From Savitreella phatthalungensis (Eukaryota), in NCBI GenBank assembly GCA_051599415.1, contig AP039689.1:434001-498000 (forward strand): a DNA stretch of 64,000 nucleotides, written 5' to 3'. The notes below the pieces were generated by a model. The model was not told the DNA's origin and made no database searches. It saw only the letters and a program-made list of their open reading frames with translations. The position numbers and the translations under genes are program-made. How positions within the stretch are numbered: position 1 is the stretch's first letter; the number at the start of each line of letters is the position of its first letter. Of the stretch, positions 25,436 to 35,686 are shown piece after piece.

Positions 25436-26890
25436 TCAGGCCAGATTGACTTCCCATTCAAACAATGCGAGAATCTGCTGCCAATTGGTAATGCGCTGGA
25501 ACCACACCGTTTCCAGGACCTCGATCGCGCGGTCGACGTTGCCGAGGCCAAAGCTGTGCAGTTGCTCCAAACACCTTCGGAGATAATTTCGGTCAGCTTC
25601 GGCGCGTATCTCGCAGCCAAAAGTAAAGAGGGTAAATAGAAGGGAGGAGTCAATGTCGTCATCCCCGCCCGGGCCGGCCGATCGACGAATGTGGTCGACA
25701 CCGCGTTCCAGAGCAGTTTCGACCTCAATTGAGTCAGCCTCAAGTCCCTCAACTCGTCGGTATAGATGTATCAGACTTGCGTAAACATATGCATCATGGC
25801 AATGTGAGTGTTGCCGGGCGAGGAGAGGATCAGTGATGTATTGCTTGACCGGCATATTGCCGAGCCGCTTGCAGAGCTTCGTTTCCAGTGTCGCAGCGTC
25901 CTCCTTTAATTCAGCAACTAGACGTAAATCGGGCGCCGATGTGGTAAAAAGCAACTCCCGCCGTTCTGCTAATTGCCCAATCTCCATGCTCAGCGGGACG
26001 ACGTCGAGTATGTAGCCCATATATGGGTCAAGGGAATATTCACTGAAAGATTCACCAGCATCACCATCGGTCCAGTAGCTGCCGCTCGCGAGCGGCTGGA
26101 ATTTACGTGTGGCCGTCAATGAGCCAGAGATGTCAAAGTAGGCCAACCATTTGATGAGGAAGCGGAAAATTGGCGAGTCGTGCTCACCTCGTGGACCGCC
26201 CATGCACCAGACCAAGCGTTTAGCTCCATCAAAATGCACTGTCCACGAGCTACTAGAAGCTCTCTTTCTAGCAACGACCTCGTAGTCACACAGTGCTACC
26301 ACAGTTGCAAGCGTCTTGATCGATGGCGCCTGTGTATCTCGCATGGTCGCGAGCTCTTGTGAGACTTGCGTTATGGCGTAGTTGATCAACGTGGTCAGAA
26401 GCTCCATTTGAGGCGGCTGACCTCTGAGCGCGCAGTAGTTCTCCAATGAAGCGGCCAGCAGCACAGAAAGCAAGGAATCGGAGTGAACAGCGAAGGGTCC
26501 GAGGATTGTGATGATCGGATTGACTGCGCTGTTGCCGTGTGGCGTGTGTAGAATAGCGAGAGTGCCGAGATAGTGATGCCACAGCATGCGCAATTGCTCA
26601 TTCTCAAGCAACTTCGAAGAGCCCGGGGTCAGTCTGATGGCTGAGTTGATTGAGGACTCGGCAACTCCAAAGTCAATTTCTGTAACGTCATCCTCCAGTC
26701 CTTCGCTATTCCGGAAAGCCTTTGGATTGGGCTGTTGCTGAGCCGTGGGTACACAGGGACATCCAGCTTGCTTGCAGTGAGCACACGGTAATTGATCCGC
26801 ACACTTCAACCTCTTGATCTTGCATCGCTGGCAGACTGCTCGTACTCGTTTGACCGGAGGCCCGAGTAATGGATTTCGTCGACGGGGCAT
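25436..26890 (-). CDS. Zn(II)2Cys6 transcription factor; probable start MPRRRNP at 26890
   Basis: CQRCKIKRLKCADQLPCAHCKQAGCPC, with WTVHFDGA, WLAYFDI and LFTFGCE segments of the fungal TF regulatory domain. Confidence 0.88.
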   Translation of the reverse strand: MPRRRNPLLGPPVKRVRAVCQRCKIKRLKCADQLPCAHCKQAGCPCVPTAQQQPNPKAFRNSEGLEDDVTEIDFGVAESSINSAIRLTPGSSKLLENEQLRMLWHHYLGTLAILHTPHGNSAVNPIITILGPFAVHSDSLLSVLLAASLENYCALRGQPPQMELLTTLINYAITQVSQELATMRDTQAPSIKTLATVVALCDYEVVARKRASSSSWTVHFDGAKRLVWCMGGPRGEHDSPIFRFLIKWLAYFDISGSLTATRKFQPLASGSYWTDGDAGESFSEYSLDPYMGYILDVVPLSMEIGQLAERRELLFTTSAPDLRLVAELKEDAATLETKLCKRLGNMPVKQYITDPLLARQHSHCHDAYVYASLIHLYRRVEGLEADSIEVETALERGVDHIRRSAGPGGDDDIDSSLLFTLFTFGCEIRAEADRNYLRRCLEQLHSFGLGNVDRAIEVLETVWFQRITNWQQILALFEWEVNLA

Positions 26891-27472
26891 TGCATCACCA
26901 TTTGTGCGTGATCTTGTAGTACAAACTACACAGGTGATGTCAGAGCTACATGCTTTTCTGCCATCTTCGACATTTTGGAGGAATAGGCGAGGACGACAGT
27001 TGGGTGCTCGACATGGATAGAAGGGACATGCACATCTCCGCAGTCGATACACCATGCATGAAGTGCCTGGACTCAATGCAAGCTGCCATTCTGATGATCA
27101 AGCTGGAAGAAAGGTCGCGGTACGGAGTTATCATTGGAACACGGGTAGATGACCAATCAAAGACGTGGTATAATCATGGTCAGATACAGTGAAGGTCAAA
27201 ATGATGACAGAACGATTCCCGAGAAGGCAATCTCGCCGAATCAAACTATCTTTTAAGGTAGGTCAACTTGCCGCAGATTGTGATTGTGACAATCGTTCAT
27301 GGGATTCTGTCCGGTTCGAACACGACCAATTACCTGAGCTGATATCTCAGCTCAGTAGCTTCATGCGGATATGCTTTGCCAGTCAATCAAATGATCGGGT
27401 ATGTCACCAAGTCGGTATTCTACTGCCTGGACCTTTGCCTGGCCGACTTACAAGATCTGGTCATCAATAGGA

Positions 27473-27512
27473 CAGCGGTGCTCTATAGGACATGCAGCGG
27501 TGCTCTATAGGA
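27473..27512. repeat. 18-bp direct repeat CAGCGGTGCTCTATAGGA x2
   Basis: Identical copies at 27473-27490 and 27495-27512. Confidence 0.9.
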
Positions 27513-27890
27513 AGTAGCAGTGATGCCTGCAGAAGCTCACTGTCCCAACTACACGGCCAGTAAGTTCCTGATGCTATACAGAGTTTGCAATTGCATTTGT
27601 TCTCCTCCTTATACTAAAATGCCATGCATTGAATGGCTGTCCCAAATCCGTTTTCATTTGACGGGTACATCCGACACACGGACATCGTCAAGCTTCTACG
27701 CGCAGCTTTAGGTCATCAATCAAGAACAGTCGGAATACACGTTAGACCACACAATATGTGATGCTAACGCCATCCTGTTGAATGCCGGGTAGTCTGTAAT
27801 CTACTGAAGGCCATTGAATTCACTCCTTTGAATGAGAAGAATCTAGTCAGCAAGTCTTGTCTCGATGCGAATCTCAAAGGTTGTCGATTG

Positions 27891-28622
27891 TTATCAATGA
27901 GACTGAATACCAAATCAAGTGTATGGATAAAGGAAATGGACGGAGATTAGGTGGAATTTGCCCAATTGATAAGATAAATGAAACTTGATCAATCCGCTCT
28001 TTCTGGCTCAAACGCCTCGGCGAAGTCGTATATCATCCTTGTCAAAGTGCCCACAGGTGTCCATAGGTGCCCGCAGGTGCCCGCAGGTGAGCCACAGGTT
28101 TTCAGGTGTCCGAATCTTCAGGTATCCAAATACCTCATCCAACCACAGGCATACATACCTATCAGGAGATCTCCACAAAATCTTGGCTCTCCCAAATCTT
28201 TGAGATAAGGTTTTTGTTCAACCGATCAAACATGTCTCAAATTTCTTAATTCCGGCCACACGACCAGGCCCCACTCCCACCCAGCGCACGCGATATAGAA
28301 TCTTGCCTTGACAGTTCCTCATTTGCTGGTGTGTGAAAAGACAGAAATTCTGTCGTATTGTTCTTGAAGTGACTAGCCAAGAAAGCCCTGTGACAGAGAT
28401 CACATAATCCCAAGTTCATGCAGTCTCTCAGGACTCGGGAACTACTACGACTGTGATCCGCAGGCTGGATTAACAGATCTACGATTGTCCCGTTGAGGTA
28501 AGCGAGCGCAGATACAATCTCGAAAGGTACATCCGGAGCTCGCTTCATATCACCCTTGCTGATCCCCCACACTTCGATCAGTGCCATCTCAATTCGCGCT
28601 CATCAAACGATCTTGTCGATAA
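27891..28622. promoter_or_regulatory. GATA (HGATAA) sites in the divergent TF/permease intergenic region
   Basis: TTATCA 27891, tandem TGATAAGATAA 27967-27977, AGATAA 28203 and CGATAA 28617. Function is inferred. Confidence 0.4.
28047..28110. repeat. Degenerate ~10-bp tandem repeat (CAGGTGCCCR)
   Basis: gtgcccacaggtgtccataggtgcccgcaggtgcccgcaggtgagccacaggttttcaggtgtcc. Confidence 0.75.
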
Positions 28623-28694
28623 GCCGACTGCTAAGACCGATCTAAGTTCTACCACGTTTAAAAGAGGAAGAAATTCCTCGCTCGGCTCGTGACG

Positions 28695-30491
28695 ATGGTC
28701 GACCGCGATACTGGTAGTCGACCACCAACCACCATCAATTTCGAGCTCAAAGACAGGTCGAAGACCACCTCTACAATGGCTACACCGATGACCGGCGAAG
28801 ATCTGACGCGCATCACGTCCACGAAGAAGTCTGTTATGGGCTCTCCGTCGATGGACGTCGAGACAGGTGAGACCTGCACGTTACACGACAGCGATGCTTT
28901 GAATCGCATGGGCTACTCACAGGAGTTGACACGCAAGTTCAGCTTCCTCTCGATGTTGTGTCTGGCGTTTTCAATTCTGGGGACGTGGCCTACATTGGCT
29001 CAGTCCATGGGCGCAGCGCTCTCCCAAGGTGGATCGATCACAATTCTTTGGGGGCTCATCCTCGTATTTCTCTGTAACTTGTGCATAACCTCCTCTTTAG
29101 GCGAACTCGCCAGTGCCTTTCCAACCTCGCTTGGCCAGGCCTTTTACGTGGCTCAGATCCTGCCACGCGACAGCTTATCTGCCCGCTTTCTCTCTTACCT
29201 CACCGCCTGGATCAACACAGCTGGCTGGATCGCCCTCAATGCTAGCCAAACAGCCTTCATGACCTCCTTTCTGATCGGGATGAAGCTGCTGTTTGATGAG
29301 GACTGGTCCGGCGCAAGTAAAGGCTGGATCAGTTTCCTGGTCTATCTGGGCTTAACAGCTGCAGGCACCCTTTTTAACATTGTTATTTGCAAGCGCGACT
29401 CGCACTTGCCTTTATTCAATAAGCTCATCACAGCACAGAACCTCGTGCTTCTGTTTGTTTTCTCCCTCGGCTTGTTGGTCGCCACAGGTGTTCGACAGGA
29501 CACACACTTCCGATCCGGCCGGTTTGTCTTTGGCAATTGGAGTAACACCGGCGGCTGGCCAGATGGTGTTGCGTTCTTACTAGGCCTCGTACAGGCCGGG
29601 TTCGGGCTCACGGCGTTCGATTCTGTGATCCACCTGATAGAGGAAATCCCCGATCCTCAACGGACAGCACCTCGCATCTTGAATCTTTCCGTTGTGATTG
29701 GAACCCTCACAGGCTTCTTCTTCATGGTGGTCTGCCTTTTCTGCTTGCAATCCGAGGACAACGTTCAGAATTCGGCCACTGGACTGCCCTTCATGCAGTT
29801 GTGTAAAGATGCTATGGGCTTGGTTCTGAGTGCAGCCTTACTCGCCAATTACATTGTTAACGGGATTTTCCAGGCATTTGTCATCGCCACAACTTCTTCT
29901 CGACTGACCTGGTCATTTGCACGCGATGGTGGCTTTCCCTACGCTGCCTACTTCTCTCGCGTCGATCCATATTGGCTGGTGCCTGTGCGCGCCACGCTGC
30001 TTCAGGGCGTCATTGTTGGGCTTATCGGGATATTATATCTGTGCAGCAACCAGACGCTGACCGCCATTCTGTCTGTTTCTACCATCGCCCTCACTATATC
30101 ATATGCTTTGCCGCCTGCATGCCTTCTTGTCGTCGGTAGGCGCGTCCTTCGCCTTCAGAAAGGACCCTATTACCTCGGCGACGGATTCTTGGGCTATCTG
30201 ACGAACATCGTCACTGTCATCTATTGTGCTATCACCACTGTTTTCTTCTTCTTTCCAAGCTCGCCTAATCCAGCGGCGGCCGATATGAACTACGCTATCG
30301 CGGTCTTCGCCGTTGTCTGCATGTTGGCGGCCGTTTTCTGGGTCTTTGTCGGCCGCAAGCGTTTTCTGAAGGAAACGCACTCGCTTGCTTCTTTCCTCAC
30401 CACCTCCACCAGCGGTCAACATCTTCCCAGTGCAGACACGCTTGGGTGTGAAGAGCGCGGCGTCTCACGGCACGGCGGTGTTTCACTATGA
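28695..30491 (+). CDS. APC-superfamily amino acid/choline/amine permease (Hnm1/Uga4-like)
   Basis: MGYSQELTRKFSFLSM, LGELASAFPT, FDSVIHLIEE, SRLTWSFARDGGFP and MNYAIAV, with about 12 hydrophobic segments. Confidence 0.92.
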   Translation: MVDRDTGSRPPTTINFELKDRSKTTSTMATPMTGEDLTRITSTKKSVMGSPSMDVETGETCTLHDSDALNRMGYSQELTRKFSFLSMLCLAFSILGTWPTLAQSMGAALSQGGSITILWGLILVFLCNLCITSSLGELASAFPTSLGQAFYVAQILPRDSLSARFLSYLTAWINTAGWIALNASQTAFMTSFLIGMKLLFDEDWSGASKGWISFLVYLGLTAAGTLFNIVICKRDSHLPLFNKLITAQNLVLLFVFSLGLLVATGVRQDTHFRSGRFVFGNWSNTGGWPDGVAFLLGLVQAGFGLTAFDSVIHLIEEIPDPQRTAPRILNLSVVIGTLTGFFFMVVCLFCLQSEDNVQNSATGLPFMQLCKDAMGLVLSAALLANYIVNGIFQAFVIATTSSRLTWSFARDGGFPYAAYFSRVDPYWLVPVRATLLQGVIVGLIGILYLCSNQTLTAILSVSTIALTISYALPPACLLVVGRRVLRLQKGPYYLGDGFLGYLTNIVTVIYCAITTVFFFFPSSPNPAAADMNYAIAVFAVVCMLAAVFWVFVGRKRFLKETHSLASFLTTSTSGQHLPSADTLGCEERGVSRHGGVSL

Positions 30492-30633
30492 CGAAAACTT
30501 CGTCCCTTCATCGGAATGTCGGCATGCTAGAATGGAATTGTAACTTATAAATACATTGATTGAACGCCGGAGCGCATGTTCTGCGAAGCACACAGCTAGG
30601 TTTATCAGATTACGCCGCCAAACAAAGGGTGTT

Positions 30634-32781
30634 TCATGCGAACGCCTCTGGAGGGATCCCATTCCGAGCACGCAATTCTTCCGTCGTACGAACCGAGGCC
30701 TCCAAGTCAAAGTTCATCTGTTCCAGACACAGGGCTGCATAGTTTTCGTTCAAGCCTGTCCGCTGCCGAAGCTGCTGTAGAAGGCTCTGTTTGGTGGCCA
30801 AGTCCGGGCCATCAGCCGGTCGAGTAGTATTGAGAACGCCATTAATTTGAGGCGCAATAGCCGCATTGGCTGGTACCGATGGATTCGATGCACCAGCTGT
30901 ACCGGGCTCGCTTACTCGCCAAGCGTCACTTCCGCCCCAGGCCCGTAAGAGAAGCATGTCCGACTTGATCTCGACTCCACCATCGATAGCAGGTCCAAGG
31001 ACAAATGTCCTGTCGAATGATCTCCGGGTTTCCTGTTTGTTGACGCGTTCGCTGAACTCTCCATGAACGTTGACTTGTATCAGGGGCGCTCCGGCAGAGG
31101 TCTGAAATGTGAAGGCATCGACACAGAAGAGCGACGCATCCGTGAGATCGTGGCGTGTCGCAGGCAGGTGTTTCAGAGCCTGTATAATCTGCCGGCGCCC
31201 GATATTTGTGCGCGCTATACGCGCATCAATCTGAGTAATGCGTGTGAGATTACGTGACGTGCCGATATACGCCTGCCAGCTGCTGCCGGTGAATGCACCG
31301 CCTGTCTTTTTACGGGGCGCGGTGACATTGAGTGACATCGTAAAGACGCCAGTCTCAGCATAGACCGACTCAAGCTTTGAGCGGTCGCCAGAGTCATAGG
31401 CCATGAAAAAGCGTCCGAGAAAGTCATTGACGGTGGACTGAACACTTTCGTTCTCGTAGAATTCGCGTCTTATAGGAATCTGCAGCTTCGCGGACTTCTC
31501 AGCAGCCGCGACCTCCTCATCCGGCACTCCAAACGAAATGCCCTGAGATACAGCCACGCCGTCAAGCAGCTTTAGCGACGGGAATCGTTTCGTGATCTCG
31601 CTGCGATACTCCACTTCTCGACCTTTCGCAATGTCGTCCTCACGCACGGCATTACCCACGAGAATGAGTTCAGAAAGAGATGCGAGCTTAGTCTTCGCTG
31701 CCCATGCATCGAGATCCCTGTAACGTCGCAGCTCGTTGTGCGCAAGACTAAGATTGCGCAATTTCGGATACGTCTGCGCCAGTGAAGATATTCCGGAGAC
31801 GTCCTTGATTCTGTTGCCCTCCAAGTTTATCGATACCACGTCTAATTTGTCGTCTTGCAGCACCTTCATGAGTGCAGGAAACATCTTCGATGAAGCTGAC
31901 GTATTTGCCTCGAGCCCAATACTCTTGAGAATGGGATCATCTGTCATGCGTGATAGGTCAAGCATCCGTGTCTCTGGCTGGTAGCGCGTCGCCAGGAACT
32001 GTTTTAGCGTATCTATAGTGCTCTCCTTCGCAGCCGTGCGGCCACCGGTAGAGCCGCCACGAGAGGTTGTGCCAGCCATTGAGATATCGCTGTCGCCACG
32101 GGCTTGCGAGATCCGTAGCACGTCACCCGCAAACTTCAAACCGCTGTTCTTCTCAAGAATTTTCGCGTCCTGTGGCGAGAAGACCGCTACAAGGGTCGTT
32201 CCGCCTGTATTGCGGACATTGGTTACTTTGATATGGAGCTTGCGCCAGATGAATGACACAAGGTCTTCTGCACTACCTCCCGAGGCGCCTGTAATCTAAA
32301 ATCGTGTCAGTTGAGGTGGTTCGATGTCCTGCGACTTGCCGCATTCGTCGCCCGCGAGGCCAGACGGAGTGAGAAATTCTGTGTGCACACATACGGCCTT
32401 CAGACATCCTTTCCAGGGTAGGGAGAAGCAGTCAAGGCATAGTGGTGAAAACTGAATCATCGCCGAATATCATCTCGGGCGGGAAGAAGCTGAACAAGAC
32501 CAGGGTCATAGCGTTGGGGAATCTTAGCATACGGTCATATCGATCTGGGTGGCGCGCGTCGAAGCCTGATCGACGTTGGTACCACGTCGACGACTACGCG
32601 AGCCTTTTGAAGCTGCTCCAGCAGCACCTGCACCATATGGGTTGAATCTTGCCGGTCCGGAAGGTATTGAATCGCCCGTCATGTCAATGTCACCATCCCT
32701 ATTCGTGCGATTGGAGGTGCCTACAGAGCCGAGACTCGCATGCCCTCTGCGGCCTGCGCGGCCGCGCCTTGCAGCTGACAT
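30634..32781 (-). CDS. MEX67: mRNA export factor Mex67 (NXF1/TAP); exons 32781-32533 and 32295-30634
   Basis: RG-rich N-terminus, LRR (INLEGNRI, LRNLSLAHN), NTF2-like domain (VHGEF...RSFDRTFVL) and TAP-C/UBA (TGLNENYAALCLEQMNFDLE...IPPEAF). Phase-0 intron GTATGC...AACTGAC...TAG. Confidence 0.93.
32389..32470 (-). ncRNA. Candidate intronic box C/D snoRNA-like or structured RNA inside the MEX67 intron
   Basis: C-like box GATGATT (32461-32455), D box CTGA (32403-32400), and closing stem ATATTCGGC/GCCGTATGT. No target identified. Confidence 0.35.
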
Positions 32782-33247
32782 TGAGGGGCGACAGCAGGGC
32801 ACACAATATACTGAAGTATCCGAGCAGAGCGCGCGTCTGATTGTCTAGGTGCCTGTCCTTATGATGCACACGCAAATCGTCACGTGACCATATATAATGG
32901 ACGGTGTACATGCACTGCTTGTTGACAAATGTGCATCTTTAGAGCCAAACACTATGTTAAGCTGCTTGTGGCAGTGTGTTGATCCACCCCTATCACATAT
33001 CTAGCTGCGTTTTTCGTGATAGACTATCGGGTCTACATCGAAGTCCGGCCGAGGCAGGTTCGTATCGAATCATCTCGACAGCAGCGACATCGGCAGACAC
33101 AGCTACCTCGAGAGGCAGGAATTGTCGAACCTCTACGGTCGCCACGATAGCGCAGCGCACCTTCAAGAATGAAGTTCGAGGTGCAGGTGGCAGGGATTAC
33201 ACTCTGCAATTTACAGCCAAGCTACCAGCTTGTCGGAACGCGGCGCC

Positions 33248-34456
33248 TCAGGTAGCCAAATTGGCACGCTGTGCTTCCAAAGATGCCAAAAATCTTTGCC
33301 TCTCGTCTAGATGTGCTGTCAGCATGTCGATCTGATTCCTGAATACCTCAATATCATCCCGAACAGACTTCAGGCCACTCTCACCGCCTGTACCTTGCCG
33401 TCCAGGGACGACGTCAAGGCGCTCCAGTTCAGCTTTCTTGAACTCCAGTAGTTGCTCAAGCTCACGACGGACGACCCCCTGTGTCGTCTGGCGATCAGAA
33501 TCTAGGGTCTTTGTGTTGGACGATTGCTCCGCTCTCGCGATTTGTGTATCCAAGTCGGCTAGCTCACGTTTTAACCGCACGACTTCCCAATCTCCATCTT
33601 TTATGTCGCCAGCGTCATAGAGAGGTTTTGTAGCATCTAGCCCGGAGCGGGATACGCCGAGTTTGTCGAGATAGTCTCCTCCAAACCTTTTCCCCTTGTC
33701 CTCGCTCGTATTCGAAGCATTGCCTCGCAATTGACCATTGCGGTCATACTTACTCGTGTTGTAGTCAATCTCAGATTTCTGGAAAGTTGCACGAAGGCTT
33801 GCAGGAACGTTTCGCGGGATCCTGTAACCTTGATGGCGTTGATTCAGACAATGGAGGAAGGCCAACAACTGATCTTTCCCGACAGAATCCTGCAGCTTGG
33901 GATTGACCAGCTTCCAGGCACGATCGATGTCTCCAGGAGGCACGCTCAATGATCCGTAAAGCTCTTGTAGCCTGTCGAACTTGACTCCGCCTCGTCGATC
34001 GACATTGGCAGCAAAGATGGATTCGTAATTACGGCGATCTGCTGGAGACATATACCAGTCAAATCCTTCCTTCAGTCCTTCCGCGCGTGCTCCATAGTCC
34101 GGGGATTCTGGTCGCTCGAGATCTAGACCTTGCTCGATCGCATTATTTGCGAGAAGCAGATGCGATTTTGAGGCAGGGACAAGGTGGTCTGGCAAGCTTT
34201 TGGGCAGAACTGATCGCTTCCCACTGAGAACGTCGAAAACGAGTCGCATACTGACGCAAAATTCTTCAAAATCCAGCCGGCCGTCATTATCAATGTCGGC
34301 AAGGTCCCACACTTGCTCGAGTTGCTCCTCTGCTAGACCGGAGTTGCTGAGGACGGCGACCGCTTGCTCACCAGACAGAAATCCATCGGTCGGGCTGAGA
34401 CCAGAGAATATTTCCCAGTATTTTCGCTGCTCTTCTGCAGTGATCTCGTCCGTCAT
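33248..34456 (-). CDS. END3: EH-domain endocytosis protein End3
   Basis: KYWEIFSGL...VWDLADIDNDGRLDFEEFC, a second EH domain, VPASLRATF, and a DWEVVRLKRELADL coiled coil. Confidence 0.93.
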   Translation of the reverse strand: MTDEITAEEQRKYWEIFSGLSPTDGFLSGEQAVAVLSNSGLAEEQLEQVWDLADIDNDGRLDFEEFCVSMRLVFDVLSGKRSVLPKSLPDHLVPASKSHLLLANNAIEQGLDLERPESPDYGARAEGLKEGFDWYMSPADRRNYESIFAANVDRRGGVKFDRLQELYGSLSVPPGDIDRAWKLVNPKLQDSVGKDQLLAFLHCLNQRHQGYRIPRNVPASLRATFQKSEIDYNTSKYDRNGQLRGNASNTSEDKGKRFGGDYLDKLGVSRSGLDATKPLYDAGDIKDGDWEVVRLKRELADLDTQIARAEQSSNTKTLDSDRQTTQGVVRRELEQLLEFKKAELERLDVVPGRQGTGGESGLKSVRDDIEVFRNQIDMLTAHLDERQRFLASLEAQRANLAT

Positions 34457-35038
34457 GTTGCTGTCTGCGCCGCTTCGAGGATTCGACCTTTATGTCGAGG
34501 TGTTGTTGAAGGCCACACAGGTTCTTACATCTTATTATAGTGCATGACGCGCGTGGATAGTTTCCATCATAAATTTGATTTCATCGATTTGATACGACTC
34601 GGTGATCTAGCATCGATGACGGTGGTTTTCCACGCCATGCAGTGATCACCCTCTTATGTGGCTCGCTGTACGCTGATTCCGCCAGTGATACACTCTAGAG
34701 CTCGTTTTCAAAATTCATCACACACACAAACAATATTCGGATACGTACTGCACTGCTGTACAAGCTTTCGGATCAGACTTTCAAACCATGGACGACGATC
34801 TGGTTGATTGGATATGCGCTATAGCGATCTGTGATGTTGAGAAACGGATGCATGATTAGTCTCAGATCGAGTCAGGATCGAAACAGATAGCCCGGAAGGA
34901 GGAATTAGCAGATGAGTCCAGAAAGCTTGTTGTCAAGCGGGAATTGCTGGAAGCCCTTGAGGAGAGTCTTGTGCTGTGATGTCATCCTCATGGCTCGGCG
35001 AGGTTAGACAGAGCTCTGAAGCCAATGACTGGTCGCAT

Positions 35039-35436
35039 TCACGAGCCGCTGGTGTTGACTAGGTGATCGCGCTCGGATTGTCGTTGTTGTCGCTTGGCCA
35101 AACGGACTAGTCGTGAGGAAGAATCGCTCTCTTCGAAGTGTACTCTATGCTGTGATGCGTCAGTCCGTGTCGGGCTTCGAAGCGGACCAGAAGACTCACC
35201 TGGGTAAGATAGTCGCGCAGGCGCTCAATTGACCAGTCAGATGCTTCCGTTGTTAGTCATGACAAATTGATCCGTGAAACAGTGTCCCTACGATCGTCGC
35301 TATATCGGGCAACATCTGTGTCGAACGGCTCTGCAAACATCGTGACGCTCGCAGCAACGACGATCGCTCCGACGAAACCCCAAAAGAGCTGCCTGGACGG
35401 TAGTGCGGTCGCACGATCGAGGAGAGTGCGAGTCAT
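35039..35436 (-). CDS. 99-aa single-TM microprotein with Ish1/HeH-like motif; exons 35436-35292, 35243-35200, 35149-35039
   Basis: Not in ORF track. Introns 35244-35291 (GTAGGG..GACTAAC..AAG) and 35150-35199 (GTGAGT..GACTGAC..CAG) splice in frame to MTRTLLDRATALPSRQLFWGFVGAIVVAASVTMFAEPFDTDVARYSDDPSDWSIERLRDYLTQHRVHFEESDSSSRLVRLAKRQQRQSERDHLVNTSGS. Confidence 0.75.
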
Positions 35437-35686
35437 GTCCTACGCACCGATAGTGAGTTGCGTAGACATGGACTTTGCTCTGTAAAGAACTGATTCTTGT
35501 GACTTCGTTTGGCCCGTTGACCAGTGCCGCTTGCCCGTAATTCCTACGATGACACATGGCCAACAAAAAAGATGCCAAATTTAGATTTGTGGCAGCCACT
35601 CAAGATCTGCAACATGCATTGCGATCAAGTCGCTTCAGAGGAGTGCTGTGTTAATTCGGTCGAGTACTTACGTGGAGGACCGTCTT

